Origin: Bdellovibrionales bacterium
Lineage (GTDB): Bacteria > Bdellovibrionota > Bdellovibrionia > Bdellovibrionales > UBA1609
DNA length: 64,000 nt
Assembly: GCA_965205945.1 (NCBI GenBank)
Contig: CBDBIB010000003.1
Span: 608,394-672,393, forward strand
Direction of reading: 5' to 3'
Shown: positions 19,426-28,797 of the stretch, piece by piece
How the letters are laid out: the number at the start of each line of letters is the position of its first letter
Numbering within the stretch: the stretch's first letter is position 1
Translations under genes and position numbers: made by a program
The notes under the pieces: generated by a model
What the model was told of the DNA's origin: nothing
Databases searched by the model: none
Seen by the model: the letters and a program-made list of their open reading frames with translations, nothing else

Positions 19426-20194
19426 TTTTTGGACTGATTCACATGTACATTTAAATATGCTTAAAGAAAGAACTCCTTTCCAAGCTATAGAACTAGCTAA
19501 ACAAGAAGGAATTCATAGATTTATTAATATTGGAACCAACTCTAAAGATCACCCAATTGTATTAGACTTAGCTAAAAAACATGATGAGGTTTATTGCACT
19601 TTAGGGGTACACCCCCATGATGCAAAAGACTTTATAAATGCTAAAAGCTTTATGCTTAAAAACTTAAATCATCCAAAAGTTCTAGCTATTGGGGAAATTG
19701 GTTTGGATTTTTACTATGATAATGCGCCAAGAGATTTGCAAATCAAAGTTTTTAAAGAGCAAATGGATATTGCTGAAAAGTTTAAGCTTCCTGTTCAAAT
19801 TCATACAAGGCATGCTGAAGAAGAAACTATTCAGATTTTAAAAGATTATGAGGGCAGAGTACAGAGTCTTCTTCACTGCTTTTCAAGTTCTAGAAAACTT
19901 GCTCAAAAAGGTGTTGAATATGGCTGTCACTTTTCTTTAAGTGGGATCTTAACGTTTAATTCAGCCGGTTCTTTAAGGGAAAGTATTCAAAACGTAATTC
20001 CCTTAGATAGAATTCATATTGAAACAGATGCTCCTTTTTTAGCTCCTGTTCCTAAAAGAGGGAAGGAAAATCATTCAGCGTTTATGATTCATACAGCAAA
20101 GAAAATCGCACAGCTTAAAGGAGTAAGTTTAAAAGAGCTTAAAATTATAACTGCTAAGAATAGTTTAAAACTGTTTTATAAGCTTAAACATTAA
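19409..20194 (+). CDS. tatD: TatD family deoxyribonuclease
   Basis: DSHVHL, GVHPH, IGEIGLD, HTR, HCF, ETDAPFLAP. Confidence 0.93.
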   Translation: MDLMTDFWTDSHVHLNMLKERTPFQAIELAKQEGIHRFINIGTNSKDHPIVLDLAKKHDEVYCTLGVHPHDAKDFINAKSFMLKNLNHPKVLAIGEIGLDFYYDNAPRDLQIKVFKEQMDIAEKFKLPVQIHTRHAEEETIQILKDYEGRVQSLLHCFSSSRKLAQKGVEYGCHFSLSGILTFNSAGSLRESIQNVIPLDRIHIETDAPFLAPVPKRGKENHSAFMIHTAKKIAQLKGVSLKELKIITAKNSLKLFYKLKH

Positions 20195-20561
20195 AGTTTA
20201 CCCTGGAAATTTGATTAAAAGCAGATTTTTTTAAGGGCTATTACTTAACGAGTTTAAGAAGTATTTTTCTAAACTTTGGTTTAATTTAAACTAAAACGAA
20301 GATAGAGTTTTTAGAATCACTCTAAATTTTTTAAATACGCCTGAATTAAAGGCTTTTTATACTTTTTCATATTTTATTATTGAATTTTTTTCTCCTGTTT
20401 TAATAGTTTTATCTTTCTGCCTGTTATAGAGAGTTTTAAAAAATAAGCATTTTGCTCATATTTTAATCTTAAGGTGATAAATTTAAAATAAAAGCTATCA
20501 TTTAGTTATATCTATGTTATGAAGGGAGCACAAACAAATAAACAAAAGTAAGAGGTTATTA

Positions 20562-20756
20562 ATGAGTACAGGTACAGTAAAGTTTTTCAACAATACAAAA
20601 GGTTTTGGTTTTATCACTCCAGACAGTGGAGATGATTTATTTTTTCATATTTCTGAAGTTCAAGGAAATGAGCCACGTGATGGTGATAAAGTTGAGTTTG
20701 AAGTTGGACAGGGTAATAAAGGCCCATGTGCTGTTAAGGTAAAAGTTTCAAATTAA
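20562..20756 (+). CDS. csp: Cold-shock protein
   Basis: RNP1 KGFGFI and RNP2 LFFHIS; SD GAGG upstream. Confidence 0.95.
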   Translation: MSTGTVKFFNNTKGFGFITPDSGDDLFFHISEVQGNEPRDGDKVEFEVGQGNKGPCAVKVKVSN

Positions 20757-20784
20757 AAATTTTTAAATTAAACTATAAAACTTT

Positions 20785-20815
20785 AAAGCTGATATTTAAA
20801 ATATCAGCTTTTTTT
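20785..20815 (+). terminator. Rho-independent terminator after csp
   Basis: AAAGCTGATATT-TAA-AATATCAGCTTT stem-loop running into a T tract. Confidence 0.85.
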
Positions 20816-21190
20816 ATATGTACCTTTTAGAACTCTTTACAAGGAAGAGAGCAAGGAATTTTAAGCTCTTTATAGGCTTGTAGTACAATTTTATTAGTGC
20901 CCGTCCCTACAGAAATAAATGATCATGTTAAAGATTCGGTAAAAGAAGAGTTAGAATAGAGTGGCAGCTCAGTTTTAGATAGTTTTGAATGCACACGTAT
21001 TTATAAAAAGCTAGATTTTAAGAGGCATGTATCAGATGAGCCTCTTTTAGAACTATATTAGAGCTGTTTTTAGCAAGTTGATTTTGAATAAAGTTTTCGG
21101 GCGCTTTGCTTTTGTATAGTTTTCCTGACTTTGAGCAACTTGCATCACCGGTTTTTTTTACTAGCAATTAATTTTGCTTGAATAAAATTT

Positions 21191-21685
21191 CCAGCATATG
21201 CACATAGCTACACTTAGCGTTTTCTAGCCGCGTTATTTCCTTGTAGGGAGTGGGAGCTACACAGCATTAAGTTTTCTATAACTCTTAAAAGCTTCATCAA
21301 CTTCAACCTCTCCACGCAAAAGATTCCAGTCCCCATGGTAATGACAGGCTTAGTGCGCTTGCTCCAGTTTTTTGTGCAGTGATCCACCAGATTGCATAGA
21401 GCCATGTTTTAATCGGAAGTTTTGAGGACTCAAAAATAGAACCAACTTTGACTGAATTTGCAAAAAGATAAGTTTTACATTTGCAAAGTTTAGTTGAAAT
21501 TAACCAGTATGTGTTGTTGCCACAGGCCTGGCATTTAAAGTCTTTACCCCAACACTGCTCCTTAAGAAAAGCCAAGCAAGCGTCATCATCTTTAAAAATT
21601 TGATCAAATTCTCGTAGGTTTTTAGGATACTTTAAGACTGATATGTCTAAAATACCCTGTTAGTGTAGTTAAGTGCATATGCTGG
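21191..21685 (-). mobile_element. Internally deleted IS1595-family element (MITE-like, 495 bp)
   Basis: 26-bp inverted repeats (21191-21216 and 21660-21685, 23/26 match); flanks TAAAATTT / TTAAATTT (7/8 target duplication); contains a transposase remnant. Confidence 0.8.
21214..21644 (-). pseudogene. IS1595-family transposase N-terminal remnant
   Basis: YPKNLREF...AC, Zn-ribbon CQACG...CKC, GSIFESSKLP..W; after a frameshift LRGEVEVDEAF; start apparently decayed to ATA. Confidence 0.82.
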
Positions 21686-21761
21686 TTAAATTTTTTATAG
21701 TAAGTTGTTACAAGAAATTTAAAAAGTTTGAACTCGGGTTACTCAGTCCAGTATAAAACCA

Positions 21762-22953
21762 TTACTCAGGGTGATAAGTGCAACGAAACCCTGAGGCCTC
21801 GAATCCCAATTTCCCTGCAAACATATGGAGACTGGTATAGAATACACCGGAGAAAGTGCCAGAAAGCGAACTGCCACCGCGAAAGATCCCAGTATTCGAA
21901 GTACTTAAATAACCGTATCCAAGTCCTCCATGAGGGCTAGAGTTCAAACTTGTATAATCTCCACTAGGACCAAATTGATTTTTAGCAATTCTTGAGATCG
22001 TTGTTGTAGTTCCCCCACTAAGACTTCCTAAAGTTGTGTGTGAGGTAGTAGTTATTTGAGAAAAATTAGTATTGGAACCGTAACTGTTATTACTATGGTC
22101 TTTCATCAACTCCGAGACGTTACCAGCCAGATCCCAAATGACTTCATTATTAGAAAGCCTGTGTGTTCTTTTTTGGTTATTCCAAGTACTGCCATTACAG
22201 GTTTGCCCTGTAGCATAACAAGGATCGTCATCGTCACTGCTGGCTTCTAGGGCATTTTCAAATTCACCTGAAACGTCTGAATGACCTTGATTCAGACCTC
22301 CTGAGGCTCCTATAGTACCTGTATCCCAATTTGAGGCTATCAGTTCAATATTGCGAGCTAAACTCTGCCATTCATCATTGGTAATTAGGTCATAGTTCTC
22401 TCCAAGTTCAATACATTTAGCAATAGCATTACTACGATTAATGTTCACATAAGGAGTACCAGTGGCTTGAGAGACTGCACCGCCTGAACCATCGTTTTTA
22501 GCTTCGTACTTCATTACACAAAAGCTATTTGTCGTATAATCTGAAAGAGACGGAACCGCTATAAAGTTTTCCGGACAAAGAAAGTTATTTGTTATATTCG
22601 CAGTAACCTGAGTGCTATTTTCTCCACTAGAAGAAGTTTGATTTGCTGTAATTAAAATTTTTTGAAATCTTGTTAAGATTCGTTACATCTAAAGTTGTTT
22701 CCCATACTTCATTAGAGCATATAGGAGCTGTTGTAGGGCTAACCCCTCCAACACTTACTGTAATGAGTTTCCCTTCTTCCGAACAATTTCCACTCACCAT
22801 AAAGTTTTTTGCATTAGAGGCATTAATATCTTGTACGCTATCAATGGAAAAAGTAGGCTTTACTTCTCCATTTCCTGAGGGAGTGTTAGCGGGCTTTTCA
22901 TTTTTTGAACCGCAAGAGATTAAAAAAAAATTTAAGATTAACAAGATTTTCAT
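21762..22953 (-). pseudogene. Frameshift-split lipoprotein: lipobox, Ig-like segment and FGE/SUMF1-type C-type lectin domain
   Basis: ORFs 22627-22953 and 21762-22514 join on removing one A from the A6 run (plus-strand T6 at 22658-22663); joined frame reads KISKILITANQ...LCPENFIAVP...FCVMKYEAK; WDLAGNV and RGGS...GFRC motifs. Confidence 0.8.
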
Positions 22954-22976
22954 AATTTCTCCTTAAACATATTTCT

Positions 22977-23004
22977 CTATCGGAGATAATTTAACCTTAA
23001 TTTA
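22977..23004 (-). promoter_or_regulatory. sigma28/FliA-like promoter of the lectin lipoprotein
   Basis: Minus strand TAAA-N16-TCCGATAG; AAGGAG SD between it and the ATG. Confidence 0.5.
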
Positions 23005-23012
23005 ACCTTACT

Positions 23013-23228
23013 TTAACTTTTTTTAAATTCCCTGTAAAAATTGGGTTCTATAAATGCTGTTACAGTATTTATTCTCGGCAACAATTCATCAGGATCTACA
23101 CTTGCTGATTTTCTTGGTAAATGCTTGTATCTTAAACTTCCAACATCATTATAACTTTTCCAGCCATTAGTATGGGTGGTCGAATCAGGCTCTATATTTG
23201 CCAAAATAAATGTTTCTAGGTTTCCGCC
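23013..23228 (-). pseudogene. IS1595-family transposase internal DDE fragment
   Basis: LETFILANIEPDSTTHTNGWKSY...LLPRI resembles IS1595 'I.PGS.V.TDGW..Y...LPR'; catalytic TDG appears as TNG. Confidence 0.75.
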
Positions 23229-23243
23229 TTAAGCAAGTCTATT

Positions 23244-24080
23244 TTAAATTGTTTTGTGTTTTATATAGTTTTCAAAAAATAGTGTTAAAGCTTTAATTAA
23301 TAAAGGTTTAACTCTCATAGAAGTTTTTGTAACCTCTTTATGAGAAAGAGGAGTTTTAGAAATTCCACTTGCAAAGTTAGTTAAACAAGAAAGACCTGCA
23401 ACTTTTAATCCTGCGTGGTTTGCCGCTATGCACTCTGGTACAGTACTCATTCCTACAGCACTTGCTCCGAGTATAGAGAAAGCTTTGATTTCAGCTGGTG
23501 TTTCATAGGAAGGGCCGGTAACGCCAATGTAGGTTCCTTCGTGAGTGTTTAAACCTGCTTTTATACACGATGTTTTTAAAAGTTTAGATAGATTTTTATT
23601 ATAAGCCTTAGACATGTCATTAAAGCGAGGACCTAGCTCTAAAGTATTTTTACCAATGAGAGGGTTACATCCTGTAAAATTGATTTGATCTTTAATAATC
23701 ATCATATCTCCTGGGGGCCAATGAGGGTTTAAAGATCCTGAGGCATTGGTAAGAATTAAATCCTCCCCTCCAATCCATTTAAAGAGCCTTGCAGGAAAAA
23801 CAACTTCTTCAAGCGTATAGCCTTCATAAAAGTGAACTCTTCCTTGAAAGAGGGCAATATTTAAACCCTTATAGGAGCCGATAATTAAATTACCCTTATG
23901 GCCGACAACTGTAGATTTTGGAAAATATGGAATATCTGTAAAAGGGATGATTTCTAAAATCTTTAGTAATTCTGCAAGATCACTTAGCCCAGAGCCTAAT
24001 ATAATGCCAAGTTTTGGGGTGTTTTTTATTTTTTCTTTTAAGAAGTCTGCGGCTCTATTTAATTTTAAGATAGTGTTCAT
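23244..24080 (-). CDS. punA: Purine nucleoside phosphorylase (trimeric type)
   Basis: IILGSGL, STVVGHKG, QGRVHFYEG, GPSYETPAE, VGMSTVPE. Confidence 0.93.
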   Translation of the reverse strand: MNTILKLNRAADFLKEKIKNTPKLGIILGSGLSDLAELLKILEIIPFTDIPYFPKSTVVGHKGNLIIGSYKGLNIALFQGRVHFYEGYTLEEVVFPARLFKWIGGEDLILTNASGSLNPHWPPGDMMIIKDQINFTGCNPLIGKNTLELGPRFNDMSKAYNKNLSKLLKTSCIKAGLNTHEGTYIGVTGPSYETPAEIKAFSILGASAVGMSTVPECIAANHAGLKVAGLSCLTNFASGISKTPLSHKEVTKTSMRVKPLLIKALTLFFENYIKHKTI

Positions 24081-24099
24081 ATGTAGCCTTGCTTTAATT

Positions 24100-25413
24100 T
24101 TATTGGTTGTAAATAATTTCTTGAATTAGCTTAGGTTTAAGAACTGGGGTTTTTGAAAATGTAAAAGCTGTTTCTAAAAGTTTAACTGAGGCCTTAAGTT
24201 TTTCTTTATTTGAATAAAATATTCTAATAAGTGGTTCATTACTTTTAAGCTTATCCCCAATTTTTTTATAAAAGTAAAATCCAGCAGAAGAATTAACTTT
24301 ATCAGTTAAAGTCTTTCTTCCTGCGCCGAGTTCAACTCCAGCCCAGCCAATAGCCTCATTCTCCATTGTTAAGATATAACCAGCTTCTTTTGGTGACCAA
24401 TCAAGGTATTGAGAGTGAAGTTTAGGATATGAACCATCCCATCCCTGAGCTTTAAAAATATTAATTGCAACCTTTAAAGGTTTTTTTGACCACAAACAGT
24501 TTTTGGCTTGTTGATATAAGGTGTCATAATTTTCTTGTCCCTCATATAAGCTCATGAGTCTTGCTGCTAGATGTAGTGTAAGTTTAATGGTGTCATCAAA
24601 CTCTTCATAGTGTTTTTCAGGGTCTTCCATGATTTTAAAGCACTCATATACTTCACAAGTGTTTCCAACGTATCGACCTAAAGGTTGAGACATATCACTA
24701 ATTAAAGCCACAGCTTTTGCACCAAGCTCTTTAGAGGTTTCTACAAGAGATGTGGCTAAAGCTTTTGTATCTTTAAAGTTTTTAATAAAAGCACCACTTC
24801 CAGTTTTAACGTCATAGACTAGGCTTTTAACACCTTCAGCTATTTTTTTAGACACAATACTTGCAGTAATTAGAGGAAGGGATGAGACTGTACAGGTCAC
24901 ATCGCGTAAGGCATAAAGTTTTTTATCTGCTGGGCAAAGTTCTTTGGTTTGCCCTATAAAAGAAACCCTATGTTCATGGATAAGATTTTTAAATTCTTTT
25001 AAAGAAAGATCGGTTCTTAGTCCTTTCATACTTTCTAGTTTATCAAGTGTTCCGCCTGTATGACCAAGGCTACGTCCAGACATCATGGGGATTTTATAAC
25101 CTAAGGCTGCAAGTAGGGGGGCTAAGATTAAACTAGTTTTGTCTCCGGTGCCACCAGTGCTGTGTTTATCTACGTAGTTTGCATCATTAGGCCATACTAT
25201 TTGTTGCCCTGATGTTAATAAAGCTTTTGTTAAAAAATTTTTTTCAAATTTTGAAAGATTCTGATAATATACGGCCATTAAAAAAGCAGACATTTGATAC
25301 TCAGGAACAGTTCCTTTTTCAAATCCATGGATAAGGTTTGTTATTTCCTCTTTTGTTAAAGATGTTTTTGTTTGTACTTTTCGTATAAGAAGAGGTGCAG
25401 ATATATCAGACAT
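24100..25413 (-). CDS. pdp: Pyrimidine-nucleoside/thymidine phosphorylase
   Basis: DKHSTGG, SGRSLGHTGGTLDKLES, ADKKLYALRDVT, DVKTGSGAF. Confidence 0.93.
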   Translation of the reverse strand: MSDISAPLLIRKVQTKTSLTKEEITNLIHGFEKGTVPEYQMSAFLMAVYYQNLSKFEKNFLTKALLTSGQQIVWPNDANYVDKHSTGGTGDKTSLILAPLLAALGYKIPMMSGRSLGHTGGTLDKLESMKGLRTDLSLKEFKNLIHEHRVSFIGQTKELCPADKKLYALRDVTCTVSSLPLITASIVSKKIAEGVKSLVYDVKTGSGAFIKNFKDTKALATSLVETSKELGAKAVALISDMSQPLGRYVGNTCEVYECFKIMEDPEKHYEEFDDTIKLTLHLAARLMSLYEGQENYDTLYQQAKNCLWSKKPLKVAINIFKAQGWDGSYPKLHSQYLDWSPKEAGYILTMENEAIGWAGVELGAGRKTLTDKVNSSAGFYFYKKIGDKLKSNEPLIRIFYSNKEKLKASVKLLETAFTFSKTPVLKPKLIQEIIYNQ

Positions 25414-25414
25414 A

Positions 25415-26068
25415 CTAAAGGTCTCCTTTTATAATGTTGATACTTGCACTGCACCCAAGACGATTTGCGCCGGCTTTTATAAAGTTGAGTGCTTGGCTTT
25501 GGTTTTTAATGCCTCCACTTGCTTTTATTAAAACTTTTTTAGGCAAGTGCTTACGCATAATCTGAACAGCTTTAAGTGTTGAATGTATTTTTGCAAATCC
25601 TGTAGAAGTTTTTAAGAATGTTACTGGGTGTTGAGTTGCAATTTTACAAACTTTAATGAGTTCATTGTTTGATAAAATTCCAGATTCAATAATTACTTTT
25701 AAACATTTTTTTTTAAAAAAATTTGAAAAAACTCTAAACTCATTTTCAACTAGACTCCAGTTTTGATCTTTTATATTTGAAATATTTAAAACCACATCAA
25801 CCTCATCGCACCCAATAGAGTATAAATGATTAATTTCATTTTTTTTATCTTCAAGGGTGTTGTACCCTAATGGGAACCCTGCAACAGAGCAAGTTTTTAT
25901 AGGGCTGTTTTTTAACTTTTCATGGGTATGTTTTACTATATGTGGTGGAACACAAACACAGAAAAATCCATAGGTGATAGCCTCATTAATAAGATTATTA
26001 AAATCAGTTTCAGAGGCCGTATTTTTAAGTAACGTATGGTCTATGAAAGTATTTAAATTCATAGACAC
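25415..26068 (-). CDS. deoC: Deoxyribose-phosphate aldolase
   Basis: IDHTLL, GFPLG, KVIIE, KTSTGF, KASGGI. Confidence 0.94.
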   Translation of the reverse strand: MSMNLNTFIDHTLLKNTASETDFNNLINEAITYGFFCVCVPPHIVKHTHEKLKNSPIKTCSVAGFPLGYNTLEDKKNEINHLYSIGCDEVDVVLNISNIKDQNWSLVENEFRVFSNFFKKKCLKVIIESGILSNNELIKVCKIATQHPVTFLKTSTGFAKIHSTLKAVQIMRKHLPKKVLIKASGGIKNQSQALNFIKAGANRLGCSASINIIKGDL

Positions 26069-26112
26069 AGGAGTACTTTTTATTATTCTTAATGAACATA
26101 GTTAAATGGCTG

Positions 26113-27153
26113 TTATGCGGCGCGTGCAGAAGAGTTTAAAAATCGAGCTGCTGTAGAATCAGTTATTAAACCTTTAGTTAAAAGCTGTTGGATATAATGT
26201 TGCATTGTAAACATACCCTCTGATCTTCCTGTTTGTATTACAGATGGAATTTGAAAAGTTTTTCCTTCACGGATTAGGTTTGATATGGCTGTGTTGTTTA
26301 TTAAAACCTCTATTGCAGCTATGCGACCTTCATCTACACGAGGAAGAAGACGCTGTGCAATTACACCTCTTAAACTTTCTGCAAGCATTGTTTGAATCTG
26401 TTTTTGTCGCCCTTCAGGAAAAACATCTACGATTCTATCAATTGTTCGAACAGCAGTATTTGTATGTAGTGTTCCAAAAACTAGATGACCAGTCTCTGCT
26501 GCGGTAATGGCTAGTTGAATGGTCTCTATGTCGCGCATTTCACCGACTAGAATAACATCTGGATCTTCACGAAGTGCAGCTTTTAGTGCTGATGCAAAAG
26601 ACTTTGTGTGATTCTCAACTTCTCTTTGATTGATTAAAGATTGCTGACTTAAATGAACAAATTCTATTGGATCTTCAATAGTAAGAATATGTTTATTTTG
26701 AGTTTTATTCATGTGATCAATTAAAGCTGCAAGTGTGGTTGATTTACCACTTCCTGTTGCACCTGTAACAACAATTAAGCCTTTATGAACCTGGCACAGT
26801 TCAGTTAAACCTTCAGGAAGATTTAACTCTTCTACAGTCATAATTTTATCTGGAATGGATCTAAATGTAGCCCCTAATCCACGTCTTTGCATGAAGATAT
26901 TACATCGAAACCGGCCGTAGTCATTTAAAGAATAAGCACAATCTAGTTCCCATTCTTTTTTAAATTGAGCTTTTTGTCGCTCGGTTAATATTTCAAAAAT
27001 AAGGGTTTTAACTTCCTCATTAGTAAGAGCTTTATGTTGTGATCTTGTCATTTCACCATGAATTCTAAAATAAGGGGGCTCTCCAGTTGTGATGTGTAAA
27101 TCAGAAGCTTTTTGTTGGATCATGATTTTAAACAGTTCGTCAATTTGTGCCAT
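26113..27153 (-). CDS. pilT: Type IV pilus retraction ATPase
   Basis: ASDLH, GATGSGKSTT, TIEDPIE, LREDPD, GHLVFGTLHT, AISNLIRE. Confidence 0.95.
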   Translation of the reverse strand: MAQIDELFKIMIQQKASDLHITTGEPPYFRIHGEMTRSQHKALTNEEVKTLIFEILTERQKAQFKKEWELDCAYSLNDYGRFRCNIFMQRRGLGATFRSIPDKIMTVEELNLPEGLTELCQVHKGLIVVTGATGSGKSTTLAALIDHMNKTQNKHILTIEDPIEFVHLSQQSLINQREVENHTKSFASALKAALREDPDVILVGEMRDIETIQLAITAAETGHLVFGTLHTNTAVRTIDRIVDVFPEGRQKQIQTMLAESLRGVIAQRLLPRVDEGRIAAIEVLINNTAISNLIREGKTFQIPSVIQTGRSEGMFTMQHYIQQLLTKGLITDSTAARFLNSSARAA

Positions 27154-27180
27154 AAATATTTTCTCCTAAGATTTAAAATC

Positions 27181-27209
27181 TAATCGGCATAAATAAGTGC
27201 TTTCATTTA
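27181..27209 (-). promoter_or_regulatory. sigma28/FliA-like promoter of pilT
   Basis: Minus strand TAAA-N17-GCCGATTA (spacer long); AGGAG SD downstream. Confidence 0.45.
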
Positions 27210-27235
27210 GTCTAGAATAAGCGTTATAAGGTATT

Positions 27236-28768
27236 ATGAGTAAAAAAATTCTTGTTAATATCAGGCCTAACCAGACGAGAGTCGCATTTTTAGATAATGA
27301 TAGGCTTATTGATTTACAAATTGATCAAAGTACTTTTCCAACCTTAGTGGGTGGAATCTATAAGGGTCGAGTTGAAAGAATTTTGCCCGGAATGCAGGCG
27401 GCTTTTGTAGATATAGGTCTTGAGCGGGCTGCATTTCTGCATGTGGGGGATATTATAGCAAAAGAAGTAACTGAAGTAACTGATGTAAAAGAGTTTAAGG
27501 AGGCTGTTGTTGATGAGTCAGATTTGCCGTTTCAGTTATTTGAACCACCTCAAGTAGAGCATAAAACACCTATTCAAGAGCTTTTAAAACAAGGACAGGT
27601 GATTTTATGTCAGGCTGCAAAAGATCCTTTGGGAACAAAGGGGGCTAGAATCACAATGCATATTTCCTTGCCGGGTAGAACGATAGTGTATTTACCAAAT
27701 ATTTCTCATTTAGGGATTTCTAAAAAAATTGAACAAGAACAAGAGCGAAGCCGGTTAAAAGGTATTATTGAAAAAGCTAAGCCCCGTGGTGGTGTCATTG
27801 TAAGAACTGCTGCAGAGGGATTGTCTCGAGAACAGATAATACAAGATTTAGATTACTTAAATCGTCTTTGGAAAGATGTTTTAAAGAGCTATGAAAAAAG
27901 AAAAACCCTAGGTTGTTTTTATAGAGATTTAGATTTAGAGCTTCGTGCTGTTCGAGATAATTTAACCTCAGAGGTTTCAAGGGTAATTATTGATGATCGT
28001 AAAAGTTATAAAAAAACTACTGCATTCATCAACCAATTCATGCCTAAGTTTAAAAATATTACAGAATTTTACGGTAAATCCCAAGCATTGTTTGATGCTT
28101 ACAATATTGATTTAGAAATAAAAAGATCTCTAGGGCGAAGAATCTGGCTTAAGTCAGGTGGCTATTTGGTTTTTGATGAAGCCGAAGCGTTGGTTGTTAT
28201 TGATGTGAATACAGGCCGCTTTGTTGGTAAAAAAGACTTAGATGAAACAATTCTTCAAACTAATCTAGAGGCCGCTCAAGAAATTGCTCATCAGCTTAGA
28301 ATTAGAAATTGCGGTGGGATTATAATTATAGATTTTATTGATATGGAAAGAGCAGCTCATAAAGAGCAGTTGTTTAATTTATTTAAAGATGAATTAGAGT
28401 TGGATAAAGCTAAAACAAAAATTACAGAAATTTCAGAATTTGGCTTAGTTGAAATGACAAGAAAAAGAATACGACCAAGCTTGGTTTCAATTCTTACAAG
28501 ACCTTGTACATATTGTGATGGGAAAGGTTATATTAAACGTAGAATGACCGTAGCTAATGAAATTTTTAGGGCCTTAGAGCGTGAAGCTGAAGGAGTGAAT
28601 AAATCTTTAAAAGCTTATGTTGAATGCCACTCTGATGTTGCAGATTGGATCTATGAAGAGGATGCTTTAACCCTTGATTTTATTGAATTAAAACTTAAAA
28701 GCTCTGTAGTTTTTAAAGTAAATCATAAACTTCATATTGAAGAGTTTACGGTGAGTTTAAAAAGTTAA
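27236..28768 (+). CDS. rng: Ribonuclease G (Rne/Rng family)
   Basis: S1 domain GIYKGRV...PGMQAAFVDIG; IDVNTG; GGIIIIDFIDM; CTYCDG Zn link; no long C-terminal scaffold. Confidence 0.92.
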   Translation: MSKKILVNIRPNQTRVAFLDNDRLIDLQIDQSTFPTLVGGIYKGRVERILPGMQAAFVDIGLERAAFLHVGDIIAKEVTEVTDVKEFKEAVVDESDLPFQLFEPPQVEHKTPIQELLKQGQVILCQAAKDPLGTKGARITMHISLPGRTIVYLPNISHLGISKKIEQEQERSRLKGIIEKAKPRGGVIVRTAAEGLSREQIIQDLDYLNRLWKDVLKSYEKRKTLGCFYRDLDLELRAVRDNLTSEVSRVIIDDRKSYKKTTAFINQFMPKFKNITEFYGKSQALFDAYNIDLEIKRSLGRRIWLKSGGYLVFDEAEALVVIDVNTGRFVGKKDLDETILQTNLEAAQEIAHQLRIRNCGGIIIIDFIDMERAAHKEQLFNLFKDELELDKAKTKITEISEFGLVEMTRKRIRPSLVSILTRPCTYCDGKGYIKRRMTVANEIFRALEREAEGVNKSLKAYVECHSDVADWIYEEDALTLDFIELKLKSSVVFKVNHKLHIEEFTVSLKS

Positions 28769-28797
28769 GAATTTATTTAGATGTTTTAATTTCTTAA

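Noticed and set aside
21045..21080. TTTTAGAACTAT...TAGCAAGTT resembling Cas9 repeat/tracrRNA text
   Set aside because: Short AT-rich match with no array, no cas genes and no downstream tracr hairpins
21214..21405. 63-aa ORF as an independent gene
   Set aside because: Alternative frame inside the IS1595 remnant
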